Positions 9,028 to 18,354 of a DNA stretch of 64,000 bases are shown here, piece after piece; position 1 is the stretch's first letter, and the number at the start of each line of letters is the position of its first letter. The translations under genes and the position numbers were made by a program. Origin of the DNA: Minisyncoccia bacterium (GTDB taxonomy: Bacteria; Patescibacteriota; Minisyncoccia; Phycocordibacterales; UBA9973); contig JBDHUR010000002.1 in NCBI GenBank assembly GCA_039809265.1, positions 15,461 to 79,460 of the forward strand. Direction: 5' to 3'. The notes under the pieces were generated by a model, which worked only from the letters and a program-made list of their open reading frames with translations, was not told where the DNA came from and searched no databases.

Positions 9028-9624
9028 ATGGAATCTCCAACAGGAGGCATACATTGGTTCAATCTTGAATATCTTTTTTCTCGCATTGTAAACCTTATCG
9101 CATCCATCTTTGACTGGCTGACAAGCAGCTCAGGCAATTTCACTTTCGGATGGTTTTTCATTTTACTTAAAATCTTGGCAGCAATACTTGTACTTGTCTT
9201 TATCGGAGTCATCGTCTACAGTATCATGGGCATACTAAAATTGCGCGAAGAAGAACATCATGAGGTGCACCATACGATAGAGGCTATGCAAGAAGAGCCG
9301 GAAGTTTCTAAAAATCCTCGCTGGCAAGTAGTAGAGAAGCACATAGAGTCTGAAAATCCTTCCGACTGGAAGCTAGCTATCATAGAAGCAGACTTGATAT
9401 TGGAAGAAATGCTGGACGAAGCAGGGTACGAAGGGGAAACTATAGGCGAGAAACTTCGAAATGCCGAGGAGGCCGGCTTTAAAACTTTGGGCTATGCCCG
9501 CGAAGCTCATGCTGTCCGTAACCAGATAGCCCACCAAGGGTCTGAGTTTGCCATTTCTAAAACAAAGGCTCACCGCACAATAGACCAGTACAAAGACGTA
9601 TTTGTAGAGTTTGACTATATATAG
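9028..9624 (+). CDS. Hypothetical membrane protein with a C-terminal all-alpha domain bearing an Rx4H (HEPN-like) motif
   Basis: The N-terminus has one or two TM helices. The C-terminal ~90 aa contain AREAHAVRNQIAHQG, which fits R-x4-H. Confidence 0.45.
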   Translation: MESPTGGIHWFNLEYLFSRIVNLIASIFDWLTSSSGNFTFGWFFILLKILAAILVLVFIGVIVYSIMGILKLREEEHHEVHHTIEAMQEEPEVSKNPRWQVVEKHIESENPSDWKLAIIEADLILEEMLDEAGYEGETIGEKLRNAEEAGFKTLGYAREAHAVRNQIAHQGSEFAISKTKAHRTIDQYKDVFVEFDYI

Positions 9625-9709
9625 GTTTTCCACAAGATTTGAAAATTGCCGATTGTAAAAATGCTAGAATATAACCATAAGTAATTTTAAAAATCTAACC
9701 TAAATTTTT

Positions 9710-10924
9710 ATGAAAGATGAATTTAAGATCGGTATTTTGATTTTGGCGATAGTTCTTCTTGGTGGGTTGGTCTTTTATCGCGGTGGTTTATCCAACCAGG
9801 GTGCAGCAGCTCTTAAGTCTGACGTTGCAACTAAAGCTATAGATACAAGCAATGCAAAAGCTGTAGATGTATCTGGCACAGGCAAAGTTGTTTCTGATGG
9901 CGGTGCAACGGATAGATCTTCTACAGGTTCCGGCGGAGTTATCACACCATTGTATCCTTTGAAAGCTGTGAATGTAACAAAGTACGCTAGTGCGCCGTCG
10001 TATACTAGCGCTTATTCGTATTATCCAACCTCCAATAAAATAGATTTTGAACTGACTTCACCAAACAACTTTACGGTAACTCAGGTAGAGTTTACGGATT
10101 TGAAATTTACGCCAGGGCTAAATCCTGTTGTTAGTATAAGCGGAGGCGGATCTACTGTGCCATTTAACAATGGCAGTGCTATATTGCCTGTTTCTATATC
10201 GTTGTCACAAATACCGACTGTTTTCAACTTCCAATTAGGTTTTACCTATACGCCAACTACTTCTCTCTCAGGCAAAGAAATCTCCATAAAAATGACCAAG
10301 GTTACAGGTATGGACAGCTATGGCAATAAGATAACTATATGCGATAACGGTTGTTCATATACGTTTGATCCATCAAGTAACCGTGCTACTAACGACATAA
10401 TGTATACTATTTCCGGTCTTGGCATAAATAGAGGAGGAGGTTATGGCGTATTGCCTCAGCAGGGAGGTTACTTTTTAGGGGAAGCCTTTAATATCTATGG
10501 CTGGGGCGGGGCGGGTGCTGTATCTTTGAATTCGTTTCCTCTTCAGATAACCACAACACCAGGGCTTGTTGTTGACTTAAATAGTACATATGTAAAAGAT
10601 AGAAGCACTGGAAATATTATCCCATCCACAGTATCTTATGTCGGGCTTGGTAGCGCCGGTAGCGGCGTTCAAAATATAGTCATTACTCTTCGAAGACCTT
10701 TCGTTAATGTTAATACTTTGACTGGCGACTGGCTTGATATATATTTTAAGGCTGTCACTGTCCCAGCTGGGTCCGGGTTCTGCGTGGCGATGAATTCAAA
10801 TCTTCAAAACTTGGTGTGGACTAGCATACAAGGTGGCAATATATCTGGTGGTAATACTGTTTTTTCAAGCCAAAATGTAAAATATTTCCACTCGAATACT
10901 TACTACCCAACATGTTCGTATTAG
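9710..10924 (+). CDS. Hypothetical secreted protein (N-terminal TM/signal, Gly/Thr/Ser-rich)
   Basis: It is a 404-aa ORF with the N-terminal anchor ILILAIVLLGGLVFY and no recognisable catalytic motif. Confidence 0.5.
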   Translation: MKDEFKIGILILAIVLLGGLVFYRGGLSNQGAAALKSDVATKAIDTSNAKAVDVSGTGKVVSDGGATDRSSTGSGGVITPLYPLKAVNVTKYASAPSYTSAYSYYPTSNKIDFELTSPNNFTVTQVEFTDLKFTPGLNPVVSISGGGSTVPFNNGSAILPVSISLSQIPTVFNFQLGFTYTPTTSLSGKEISIKMTKVTGMDSYGNKITICDNGCSYTFDPSSNRATNDIMYTISGLGINRGGGYGVLPQQGGYFLGEAFNIYGWGGAGAVSLNSFPLQITTTPGLVVDLNSTYVKDRSTGNIIPSTVSYVGLGSAGSGVQNIVITLRRPFVNVNTLTGDWLDIYFKAVTVPAGSGFCVAMNSNLQNLVWTSIQGGNISGGNTVFSSQNVKYFHSNTYYPTCSY

Positions 10925-10947
10925 CTGTATCTTTAAGTATATAGCCA

Positions 10948-12636
10948 ATGAATGATCTTATAAACAACGACAAAATAAAAAACTGTGTACTGCTCCTAGC
11001 AGCTTTGGTTTTGGGTTGGTTTGTGTTTCGTGGCAACATTATGGATCAAAATCAGGCCACAACCTTGAAGTCTCAGGATGAAACGATTGGTGAGAAAGTG
11101 ATCAGAAATCCGCTTTGTCGGGACGAAAAATCTTGCCTTCAGTCTGTGGCTGACTTTGTAAGTCAACAGATTTATAGTGTTAAAGATACCAGTAAGGTTT
11201 TTACAAACAAAGGTATTTCTACAGCAAAATCTCTTGCATCAGTTTCTCCTGTGTCATCCCCAGCTCCCGGGGATGTTTATGTTATCGACACAAAAGGTAA
11301 TGATAGGGTTCAAGTATTTGATAAAAACGGAAATTTTAAGTTTAAGTGGGGAAGTCATGGGTCGGGTAAGGGTGAATTTTATCAGCCTTTTGGTATCGCC
11401 ATTGATTCTGTAAACGGTTTTGTTTATGTTACTGACCTTGGTAATAATCGTATTCAAAAATTTGATTTAGCTGGTAATTATTTAATGCAGATAGACACTG
11501 TTGGGCCTATGGCTGTAGAAGTTGGGAAACTAGGAGAAGTTTATGCTAGCGACGCATATAACCAAATAAAGAAATTTGATCAGAATGGTAATTTTCTATT
11601 ACAGTGGACTATTGCAGGAGTATCATCACCATTTCCATCTGGAGTGGCTATTGACTCGTTTGGGTATGTATATGTTGTAGACTCTAATAATGATGTTGTG
11701 CAGAAATTTGATCAAAATGGAAATTTTGTAATGCAATGGGGAACTTCTGGTACTGGAATTGGACAATTTCAAAATCCATGGGGAATTTCTATTGATCTTA
11801 TGGATAACATATATGTTGCGGATTCTAACAATACACGGGTCCAAAAATTCGATCAGAATGGGAATTACATTTCACAATTTGGTGCAGCAGGAAGTGGTAA
11901 TGGTCAATTTACAAGTCCGCGTGGAATTATAAATGATCTGTCTGGATATGCTTATGTTACAGATCATAATACCCAAAGAGTTCAAAAATTTGATCCTAAT
12001 GGAAATTTTGTTTTGCAATGGGGAAGTTATGGTGTAAACGATGGTGAATTTATAGTGCCTTACGATGTAGCCGTATTAGACCAAGGTACCCCTGACCTCG
12101 TCGTAGACTCTATCTCTGCTCCTACGAATATTCCTCTTGGAAGTGTTTCTGACCCAGCTATGCCGACTTATGGTTCGGTTGTATCTGCCATGATAAATCC
12201 GCAGCCGCCTGTGCCTGTGGATGTAACGATAAAAAACATTGGCAATGCGCCTGCTGTGCTGCCTGCTACTATGTCCATGTATCTTGGCATATATTGCAGT
12301 ATATTGGACGATTGCAACGTACTTACAAAATCTGCCTTGGTTCAGTCGCCAACAAAAGCAAACCTCCTGTTTAATCAGACAGGCATAAAGTTTGAAACCA
12401 TCGGCACCACTATGACTTTGAACCCAGGAGACACTTATACATTCCATACAAATTCCTACTTCCCATACAACATACCTTTTTCTGGCACGACTACGCTTTT
12501 GGGCCCCATGAATTTATGGGCTTGTGTAGACTCTAGTTCCAGTGCTTTTGCTCCATGGGGTATAGGTCAGGTGGATGAAAGTGATGAAAAGAATAATTGC
12601 GCTCCGCCTCAACTGCCAGTGACGGTGTATCAGTAA
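10948..12636 (+). CDS. NHL-repeat beta-propeller protein with a C-terminal CARDB-like domain (cell surface)
   Basis: It has six repeats of the form G.G.G.F..P.GIA.D..G.VYV.D..N.R.QKFD, which match NHL repeats. The C-terminus TIKNIGNAPA is CARDB-like, and there is an N-terminal TM anchor. Confidence 0.75.
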   Translation: MNDLINNDKIKNCVLLLAALVLGWFVFRGNIMDQNQATTLKSQDETIGEKVIRNPLCRDEKSCLQSVADFVSQQIYSVKDTSKVFTNKGISTAKSLASVSPVSSPAPGDVYVIDTKGNDRVQVFDKNGNFKFKWGSHGSGKGEFYQPFGIAIDSVNGFVYVTDLGNNRIQKFDLAGNYLMQIDTVGPMAVEVGKLGEVYASDAYNQIKKFDQNGNFLLQWTIAGVSSPFPSGVAIDSFGYVYVVDSNNDVVQKFDQNGNFVMQWGTSGTGIGQFQNPWGISIDLMDNIYVADSNNTRVQKFDQNGNYISQFGAAGSGNGQFTSPRGIINDLSGYAYVTDHNTQRVQKFDPNGNFVLQWGSYGVNDGEFIVPYDVAVLDQGTPDLVVDSISAPTNIPLGSVSDPAMPTYGSVVSAMINPQPPVPVDVTIKNIGNAPAVLPATMSMYLGIYCSILDDCNVLTKSALVQSPTKANLLFNQTGIKFETIGTTMTLNPGDTYTFHTNSYFPYNIPFSGTTTLLGPMNLWACVDSSSSAFAPWGIGQVDESDEKNNCAPPQLPVTVYQ

Positions 12637-12661
12637 TTTAAAAAATAAATAATACGCATAC

Positions 12662-12686
12662 AAAAGACGCCGCACGGCGTCTTTTG
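12662..12686 (+). terminator. Intrinsic terminator after the NHL gene
   Basis: aaaagacgccg cac ggcgtctttt. Confidence 0.6.
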
Positions 12687-12705
12687 TATGCTATAATTGC
12701 CTCGT

Positions 12706-13587
12706 ATGGCAGATAGCAAAGATATACAAGAAGAGATAAAAAAGCTGGAAGAGGAGATGAGCCAAGGCAACTTTTGGGAAGACAAAACGCGAGCGCAGGA
12801 AACTATAAAGGAATTGAACAGGCTTAAGGACGAGCTTTTGGGTGCAGAAAAATATGACAAAGGGAACGCCGTGATGACCATATTCTCTGGTGCTGGAGGA
12901 GACGATTCGGAAGATTTTTCCGCAATGCTCTTCCATATGTACAACAAGTATTGCGCGAAGGCGGGTTTTAGTGTTGCAGTTATTCATAAAAATGAAAATG
13001 ACCACGGCGGGTACAGGAATATCACAGTGGGGATTTCTGGACGCGATGCATATGGTATACTAAAAGGTGAGTCGGGAGTACACCGGCTTGTCCGCATATC
13101 GCCGTTCAATGCAAAGAAGCTGCGACAGACTTCATTTTCTTTAGTTGAAGTCATTCCACATTTTACAAAAGGAGAGCTGAAAGACATTCCAGATAGCGAG
13201 CTCAAGATAGAGTTCGCACGCTCGGGCGGAGCCGGAGGTCAAAATGTGAACAAAAGAGAGACGGCAGTTAGGGTAGTGCATATCCCGACAGGCCTTTCTG
13301 TTCATGCTGACCGCGAGCGTACCCAAGAGGCCAACCGCCAAGCGGCGCTAGAGCTTCTAGCTGGCAAGCTGTACAAGCTTAGAGAAGACGAGCGGCTTGC
13401 AAAAGAAAAAGGGATGTATATTTCCAAGACGACAGATATAGAATGGGGTAACCAGATTCGTTCCTATGTCTTGCATCCGTACAAGATGATTAAAGACCAT
13501 CGCACAGGCGTAGAGACGGCAGATGTGAAAGCCGTGCTGGAAGATGGAGAAATAGACGAATTTTTACAAGCAGAAAAAGCTAGTTAA
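12706..13587 (+). CDS. prfB: Peptide chain release factor 2 (short N-terminus, no programmed frameshift)
   Basis: It contains SPF (RF2-specific) and the GGQ motif (SGAGGQNVNK). The listed start at 12697 is a TTG, and the first ATG is at 12706, 9 nt downstream of a TGnTATAAT box. Confidence 0.85.
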   Translation: MADSKDIQEEIKKLEEEMSQGNFWEDKTRAQETIKELNRLKDELLGAEKYDKGNAVMTIFSGAGGDDSEDFSAMLFHMYNKYCAKAGFSVAVIHKNENDHGGYRNITVGISGRDAYGILKGESGVHRLVRISPFNAKKLRQTSFSLVEVIPHFTKGELKDIPDSELKIEFARSGGAGGQNVNKRETAVRVVHIPTGLSVHADRERTQEANRQAALELLAGKLYKLREDERLAKEKGMYISKTTDIEWGNQIRSYVLHPYKMIKDHRTGVETADVKAVLEDGEIDEFLQAEKAS

Positions 13588-13605
13588 GCTAAAAAGCTAT
13601 CCAAA

Positions 13606-14286
13606 ATGATTTATTTCAATAATGTCACAAAAGCATATGATGAAGATTCTATTTCGCTCGAAGATATAAATTTGACTATAAATGCAGGCGAATTTGTCTC
13701 GCTCGTTGGCCACTCTGGTGCGGGTAAGACTACCATGATCAAACTTATACTTGCAGAGGAGCGCCCGACAGACGGAACAGTTTTTTTTGAGTCTTTAGAT
13801 ATACATAAGCTGCCAAGTAAAGATATAACAAAACTCCGTAAGCGCATAGGCGTTGTTTTTCAAGACTTCAAACTTTTGCCGACAAAGACTGCATATGAAA
13901 ATATAGCTTTTGCTATGGAAGCTGCCGGCAAAAGTGATGAAGAGATAAGGAGCGACGTACCGCATGTGCTAGAGCTTGTAGACCTTACTCCAAAGACTCA
14001 CCATTTTCCGCACCAGATGTCTGGTGGCGAGCGTCAGCGTCTCGCTATAGCACGCGCAATCATAAACCAGCCAGAGATCATAATTGCAGACGAGCCAACA
14101 GGGAACTTGGACCCGATAAATACTTATGAAGTTGTGCAGATTTTAAAAAAGATAAACGATCTTGGCACCACAGTCATCCTGACTACTCACAACCGCGGTG
14201 TAGTGGACTCTGTAGGCAAGCGCGTTATTACACTAGAGAAAGGTCGTATTGTCAGGGATGACAAAGAAGGTAAGTACGTTATATAA
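13606..14286 (+). CDS. ftsE: Cell division ATP-binding protein FtsE
   Basis: It has a Walker A motif (GHSGAGKTT), the ABC signature LSGGERQRLAIARA and Walker B IIIADEPT. It is 226 aa and adjacent to ftsX. Confidence 0.9.
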   Translation: MIYFNNVTKAYDEDSISLEDINLTINAGEFVSLVGHSGAGKTTMIKLILAEERPTDGTVFFESLDIHKLPSKDITKLRKRIGVVFQDFKLLPTKTAYENIAFAMEAAGKSDEEIRSDVPHVLELVDLTPKTHHFPHQMSGGERQRLAIARAIINQPEIIIADEPTGNLDPINTYEVVQILKKINDLGTTVILTTHNRGVVDSVGKRVITLEKGRIVRDDKEGKYVI

Positions 14287-14297
14287 TACTCCCTGTT

Positions 14298-15218
14298 ATG
14301 TCATTCCTTGATACAAAACGCATCATACGTTCCGGTTTCAAAAATTTTACCAGAAATGGTGTTGTGTCTTTAGCTTCTGTTTTGGTGACCACTATCACTT
14401 TGTGTGTCATACTCTCAATAGTTTTCTTGCAAGTTATACTGAACTTTTCTCTAACACAAATAAAAGACAAAGTGGACGTGACCATATACATGACCACTAC
14501 CGCTACAGAAGACAAAATATTGGCATACAAGTCTTCCCTGGAGCAGTTGCCAGAAGTTGCCTCTGTGTCTTACGAGTCTGCAGATGAAGCGCTCGCGAAG
14601 TTCAAAGATAAATATTCCAGTGACTACCTTACTATACAGGCGCTAGACGAGCTGAAAGACAACCCGCTCGGTGCAGCGCTCAACGTAAAGGCTGTTGACC
14701 CGATGCAATACGAAAGCATTGCAAAGTTTGTAGAGACTAGTATGACGGATGGAGATGGAAAGGGGCTGATAGACAAAGTAAACTACAGACAGAATAAGCT
14801 AGTGATAGATAGGCTGACGTCTATCCTAGACGGTGCGCGCATACTAGGTTTACTTGTGACACTTATACTTGTAGTCATTTCTGTTATCATTACCTTCAAC
14901 ACTATCCGCCTAGCCATATTTATATCCCGCGAAGAAATCGGCATTATGCGCCTTGTGGGTGCTGCAAACAAACAGATACGTGGGCCATTCATAGTGCAGG
15001 GCATGGTCTGCGGGGTGATAAGTGCCGTGGTGACTATGATCATATTCTACCCGTTTACTCTTTGGATGGGCAATCATTTGGCAAACTTTTTCGGTATGAA
15101 TATGTTTGAATACTATCTCTCAAATCTTTTGCAGCTTTTCCTTATAGTTCTTGTTTCCGGAGTTTTGCTGGGGGTCATTTCAAGTTTGCTGGCAATACGC
15201 AAGTATCTTAAGAAATAA
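14298..15218 (+). CDS. ftsX: Cell division permease FtsX
   Basis: It has four TM segments and a large extracytoplasmic loop, is about 300 aa, and follows ftsE. Confidence 0.85.
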   Translation: MSFLDTKRIIRSGFKNFTRNGVVSLASVLVTTITLCVILSIVFLQVILNFSLTQIKDKVDVTIYMTTTATEDKILAYKSSLEQLPEVASVSYESADEALAKFKDKYSSDYLTIQALDELKDNPLGAALNVKAVDPMQYESIAKFVETSMTDGDGKGLIDKVNYRQNKLVIDRLTSILDGARILGLLVTLILVVISVIITFNTIRLAIFISREEIGIMRLVGAANKQIRGPFIVQGMVCGVISAVVTMIIFYPFTLWMGNHLANFFGMNMFEYYLSNLLQLFLIVLVSGVLLGVISSLLAIRKYLKK

Positions 15219-15224
15219 ATCATT

Positions 15225-16892
15225 ATGGCGCAGATCAAAAAACCGAAGTATATTTTCGTGGTTGGCGGGGTGATTTCCGGAGTAGGGAAAGGTGTCGCTT
15301 CGTCCTCTATAGGCAAGATACTTCAAGACCGCGGTCTAAATGTGACAGCTATAAAGATTGACCCGTACATAAACGTAGATGCGGGCACCATGAACCCCAC
15401 CGAGCACGGCGAGGTTTTTGTTTTGGACGACGGAGATGAGACAGACCAAGACATGGGTAACTATGAACGCTTTCTGAACATCACCCTTACTCGCACGAAC
15501 TACATGACTACCGGTAGGGTGTACAAAAGTGTGATAGAAAAAGAGCGCAACCTAGAGTATGGCGGCAAGTGTGTGGAAGTGGTGCCTCATGTACCGCTTG
15601 AGATTATAGACAGGATAACCAAGGCAACAAAAGATGCAAATGCAGATCTCACTCTCATAGAGATAGGCGGCACTATAGGCGAGTACCAAAATGTGCTTTT
15701 CCTGGAAGCTGCCCGTATGCTAAAGATCCGCAACCCGAAAGACGTGCTGTTTGTCATGGTGTCATACTTGCCGGTGCCTTCAAAAGTAGGGGAAATGAAA
15801 ACCAAACCCACACAGTATGCAGTGCGGACATTGAATGGCTCGGGTATACAGCCAGACATTATTATTGCCAGATCTACCGTGCCTCTGGATGAAAAGCGAA
15901 AAGAAAAAATTGCATTTATGTGTAACATAGGTGCAGACAGGGTGATATCTGCGCCGGATGTGGATAGCATATATGACGTGCCGATAAATTTTGAAAAAGA
16001 AAAACTTTCAGATTTGATCTGCGATATATTGGAAACTACTTGCAAACCAAAATCTAGCCCAAACATTGCGCTATGGAACTCTTTTGCCAGAGCTGTACAC
16101 AACTCCAGCGACATTGTACGTATAGCCGTCATTGGTAAATATTTTGATTCCGGCGACTTTGTACTTTCTGACGCTTATCTTTCTGTTATAGAAGCCCTGA
16201 AATATTCCAGCTATCATTTGAAGAAAAAGCCGGAGCTTGTCTGGATAAACTCTGTAGAGTTTGAAAAAGACCCAAAGAAGGTCAAAGAGCTTTCTAAATA
16301 TGATGGTGTGCTTGTCCCAGGAGGTTTCGGCTCACGCGGAGTGGAAGGCATACTTATGGCTATCCGCTATGTTCGCGAGAAGAAGATACCTTACTTTGGC
16401 ATTTGCTACGGCATGCAGCTTATGGTCATAGAGTACGCGCGCAATGTGCTTCGGATAAAGGATGCAACTACCCGCGAGATAAATCCAAACTCGCCGCACC
16501 TTATTATAAACGTTATGGAAAGCCAAAAGGATAATTTGAAGCACAATCGCTATGGTGGCAGCATGAGGCTTGGCGCTTGCAAAGCAGTGCTAAAAGACGG
16601 CACCATAGCTCGTTCTGCCTACGGCACAAATGCTATTTCAGAGCGTCATCGCCACCGCTACGAAGTGAACAACGACTATGTGCCAGACTTGGAGGATGCA
16701 GGCATGGTGTTCTCTGGTGTTTCGCCAGACCGCACCTTGGCAGAGATTGCCGAGCTGTCGAAAAAAGCACATCCGTTTTTTCTTGGCACGCAGTTCCACC
16801 CAGAGTTCCTTGCGCGCCCTCTTTACCCGCACAAGCTTTTTACTGCTTTTATAAAAGCAGCCATTGCTCACCGCAAGAAAGCTGGAAAGTAA
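15225..16892 (+). CDS. pyrG: CTP synthase
   Basis: The N-terminus VVGGVISGVGKGV and a glutamine amidotransferase C-domain (GICYGMQ, H...E) are present. It is 555 aa. Confidence 0.95.
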   Translation: MAQIKKPKYIFVVGGVISGVGKGVASSSIGKILQDRGLNVTAIKIDPYINVDAGTMNPTEHGEVFVLDDGDETDQDMGNYERFLNITLTRTNYMTTGRVYKSVIEKERNLEYGGKCVEVVPHVPLEIIDRITKATKDANADLTLIEIGGTIGEYQNVLFLEAARMLKIRNPKDVLFVMVSYLPVPSKVGEMKTKPTQYAVRTLNGSGIQPDIIIARSTVPLDEKRKEKIAFMCNIGADRVISAPDVDSIYDVPINFEKEKLSDLICDILETTCKPKSSPNIALWNSFARAVHNSSDIVRIAVIGKYFDSGDFVLSDAYLSVIEALKYSSYHLKKKPELVWINSVEFEKDPKKVKELSKYDGVLVPGGFGSRGVEGILMAIRYVREKKIPYFGICYGMQLMVIEYARNVLRIKDATTREINPNSPHLIINVMESQKDNLKHNRYGGSMRLGACKAVLKDGTIARSAYGTNAISERHRHRYEVNNDYVPDLEDAGMVFSGVSPDRTLAEIAELSKKAHPFFLGTQFHPEFLARPLYPHKLFTAFIKAAIAHRKKAGK

Positions 16893-17011
16893 TAGTGTAA
16901 TACTGTAAAAGTGCGTCTTGGTCAAGCAATTTTGACCTGATGCAAAAATCTGGTTTTGTGGTATAGTGCATGTATCCGCTTTTGGGCTTCTACCCAATAT
17001 TTGCGGTGTTT

Positions 17012-17083
17012 TACGGGATCGTCTAATGGTAGGACAACGGGTTCTGGCTCCGTTAATCTAGGTTCGAGTCCTAGTCCCGTAGC
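17012..17083 (+). tRNA. tRNA-Gln (anticodon CTG)
   Basis: Manual cloverleaf: acceptor tacggga/tcccgta, D-stem gtc/gac, anticodon stem acggg/tccgt, loop ttCTGgc, T-arm ctagg-ttcgagt-cctag, and discriminator G. An extended -10 box (TGgTATAGT) lies about 40 nt upstream. Confidence 0.65.
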
Positions 17084-17153
17084 AAATTTTTGAAAAAATG
17101 CGAATCTTGGATTTTTACTGTCCCTTTTTGGCAAAATCTGATAAGATAGGAAT

Positions 17154-17735
17154 ATGAATAAAAAGTATGCATATCTGGCAATTGTTATCATTTTAGTTGT
17201 CGTAGCTATAGCGTTCTATTGTCTATCGAATAATACGAACAATACAAAAATAATTGAAATCAAAGACAATAACGATTATAAAAATATTGCATATGAGATT
17301 GATGGACAATCTATCCTTCTCAAAAACGGTTTTGCTGAAATTAAAGCGACTCCAGACTCTGCTTCAAAAATGAAAGTTCAATATTTTGGCGACGAATTTA
17401 TGTCTGACATAAATAGTGATGGACAAGAGGATGTCGTTTTTCTTTTGACTACACAGACTGGAGGTAGTGGAACATTTTATTATGTAGTGGGAGCCTTGAA
17501 TACAGAAAATGGTTATGTCGGTACTGATGGATATTTTCTTGGAGATAGAATTGCTCCACAAACAGTGGAGAAAAGTCAAGATGCTCGGCATAAAGATGTT
17601 ATAGTGGTGAACTATGCAGAGCGAGGCGAAGGAGAGGCGATGACCGCACAGCCATCAGTTAACAAGAGTGTATATTTAAAGCTGGATAAGCAAACAAACA
17701 GGTGGGCTATTGTTGCCAATAACTTTGGAGATTGA
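17154..17735 (+). CDS. Hypothetical secreted/membrane-anchored protein
   Basis: It is a 193-aa ORF with the N-terminal TM LAIVIILVVVAIAFY. Confidence 0.5.
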   Translation: MNKKYAYLAIVIILVVVAIAFYCLSNNTNNTKIIEIKDNNDYKNIAYEIDGQSILLKNGFAEIKATPDSASKMKVQYFGDEFMSDINSDGQEDVVFLLTTQTGGSGTFYYVVGALNTENGYVGTDGYFLGDRIAPQTVEKSQDARHKDVIVVNYAERGEGEAMTAQPSVNKSVYLKLDKQTNRWAIVANNFGD

Positions 17736-17858
17736 TTATTTTTAAAAAGTAGAAAAGCACAGTTTTTAAAGTGTTAGAAAGAGACCATTATTATGAATAG
17801 TTGGTAATTTTTTTAGCTGGTCAAAAATAACGATACAAAAGTTTCGGCAGACTAGAGC

Positions 17859-17916
17859 TTGACTTCAAAATACACTGGTAGTATACTTAGCTTATCTAAT
17901 TATTAGGTAAGCTAAG
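17859..17916 (+). promoter_or_regulatory. Sigma70-like promoter (TTGACT-17-TATACT) with an overlapping palindromic MarR-type operator
   Basis: TTGACT is at 17859-17864 and TATACT at 17882-17887. The palindrome cttagcttatctaat|tattaggtaagctaag at 17886-17916 ends 8 nt before the marR ATG. Confidence 0.5.
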
Positions 17917-17923
17917 TTTTATT

Positions 17924-18349
17924 ATGAAGGAAAATAAATCTATAGAAACAAAGCTCGGTGCTCTCATGCTAGAATTCCGCAGGAAGATAGTAGAAGCTTG
18001 CAGGAGACAGGGAGTACAGCAAGACATCACTTTCTCTCAAGCAGAAATATTGGGTTTCGTGGGGCCGTCTGGCACTCGTACGATGCGTGAGATTGCCGAG
18101 CATTTAAAGATCGCGCCGCCGTCTGTCACTGCGCAAGTTATGGAAATGGAAAAGCGTGGCTTTGTAAAGAGGGAAGTGAGCAAGGCAGACAGGAGGGTGG
18201 TCTCTGTTTCGTTTACAAGCAAAGCCAAGAAAGCGTTTGAAAAAATATCTGCCCGCAAAACCAAAGTTCTAAGCAGTATGCTTTCCAAACTTTCTGCAAG
18301 TGACAAAAAGTCGCTAGAGCGCATTATCGGCATTATCATTTCAAAATAA
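17924..18349 (+). CDS. MarR-family transcriptional regulator
   Basis: It has the winged-HTH segment MREIAEHLKIAPPSVTAQVMEMEKRGFVKREVSKADRRVVSVSFT. It is 141 aa and is the first gene of the efflux operon. Confidence 0.8.
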   Translation: MKENKSIETKLGALMLEFRRKIVEACRRQGVQQDITFSQAEILGFVGPSGTRTMREIAEHLKIAPPSVTAQVMEMEKRGFVKREVSKADRRVVSVSFTSKAKKAFEKISARKTKVLSSMLSKLSASDKKSLERIIGIIISK

Positions 18350-18354
18350 TCCAA

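Noticed and set aside
12640-12780. A programmed +1 frameshift in prfB.
   Set aside because: A single ORF covers the gene, and the N-terminus simply lacks the region where the CUU UGA site occurs in other bacteria.
16900-17011. Considered a small RNA or riboswitch in the pyrG-tRNA-Gln spacer.
   Set aside because: Only a short hairpin and an extended -10 promoter for the tRNA were found, with no conserved riboswitch motifs.
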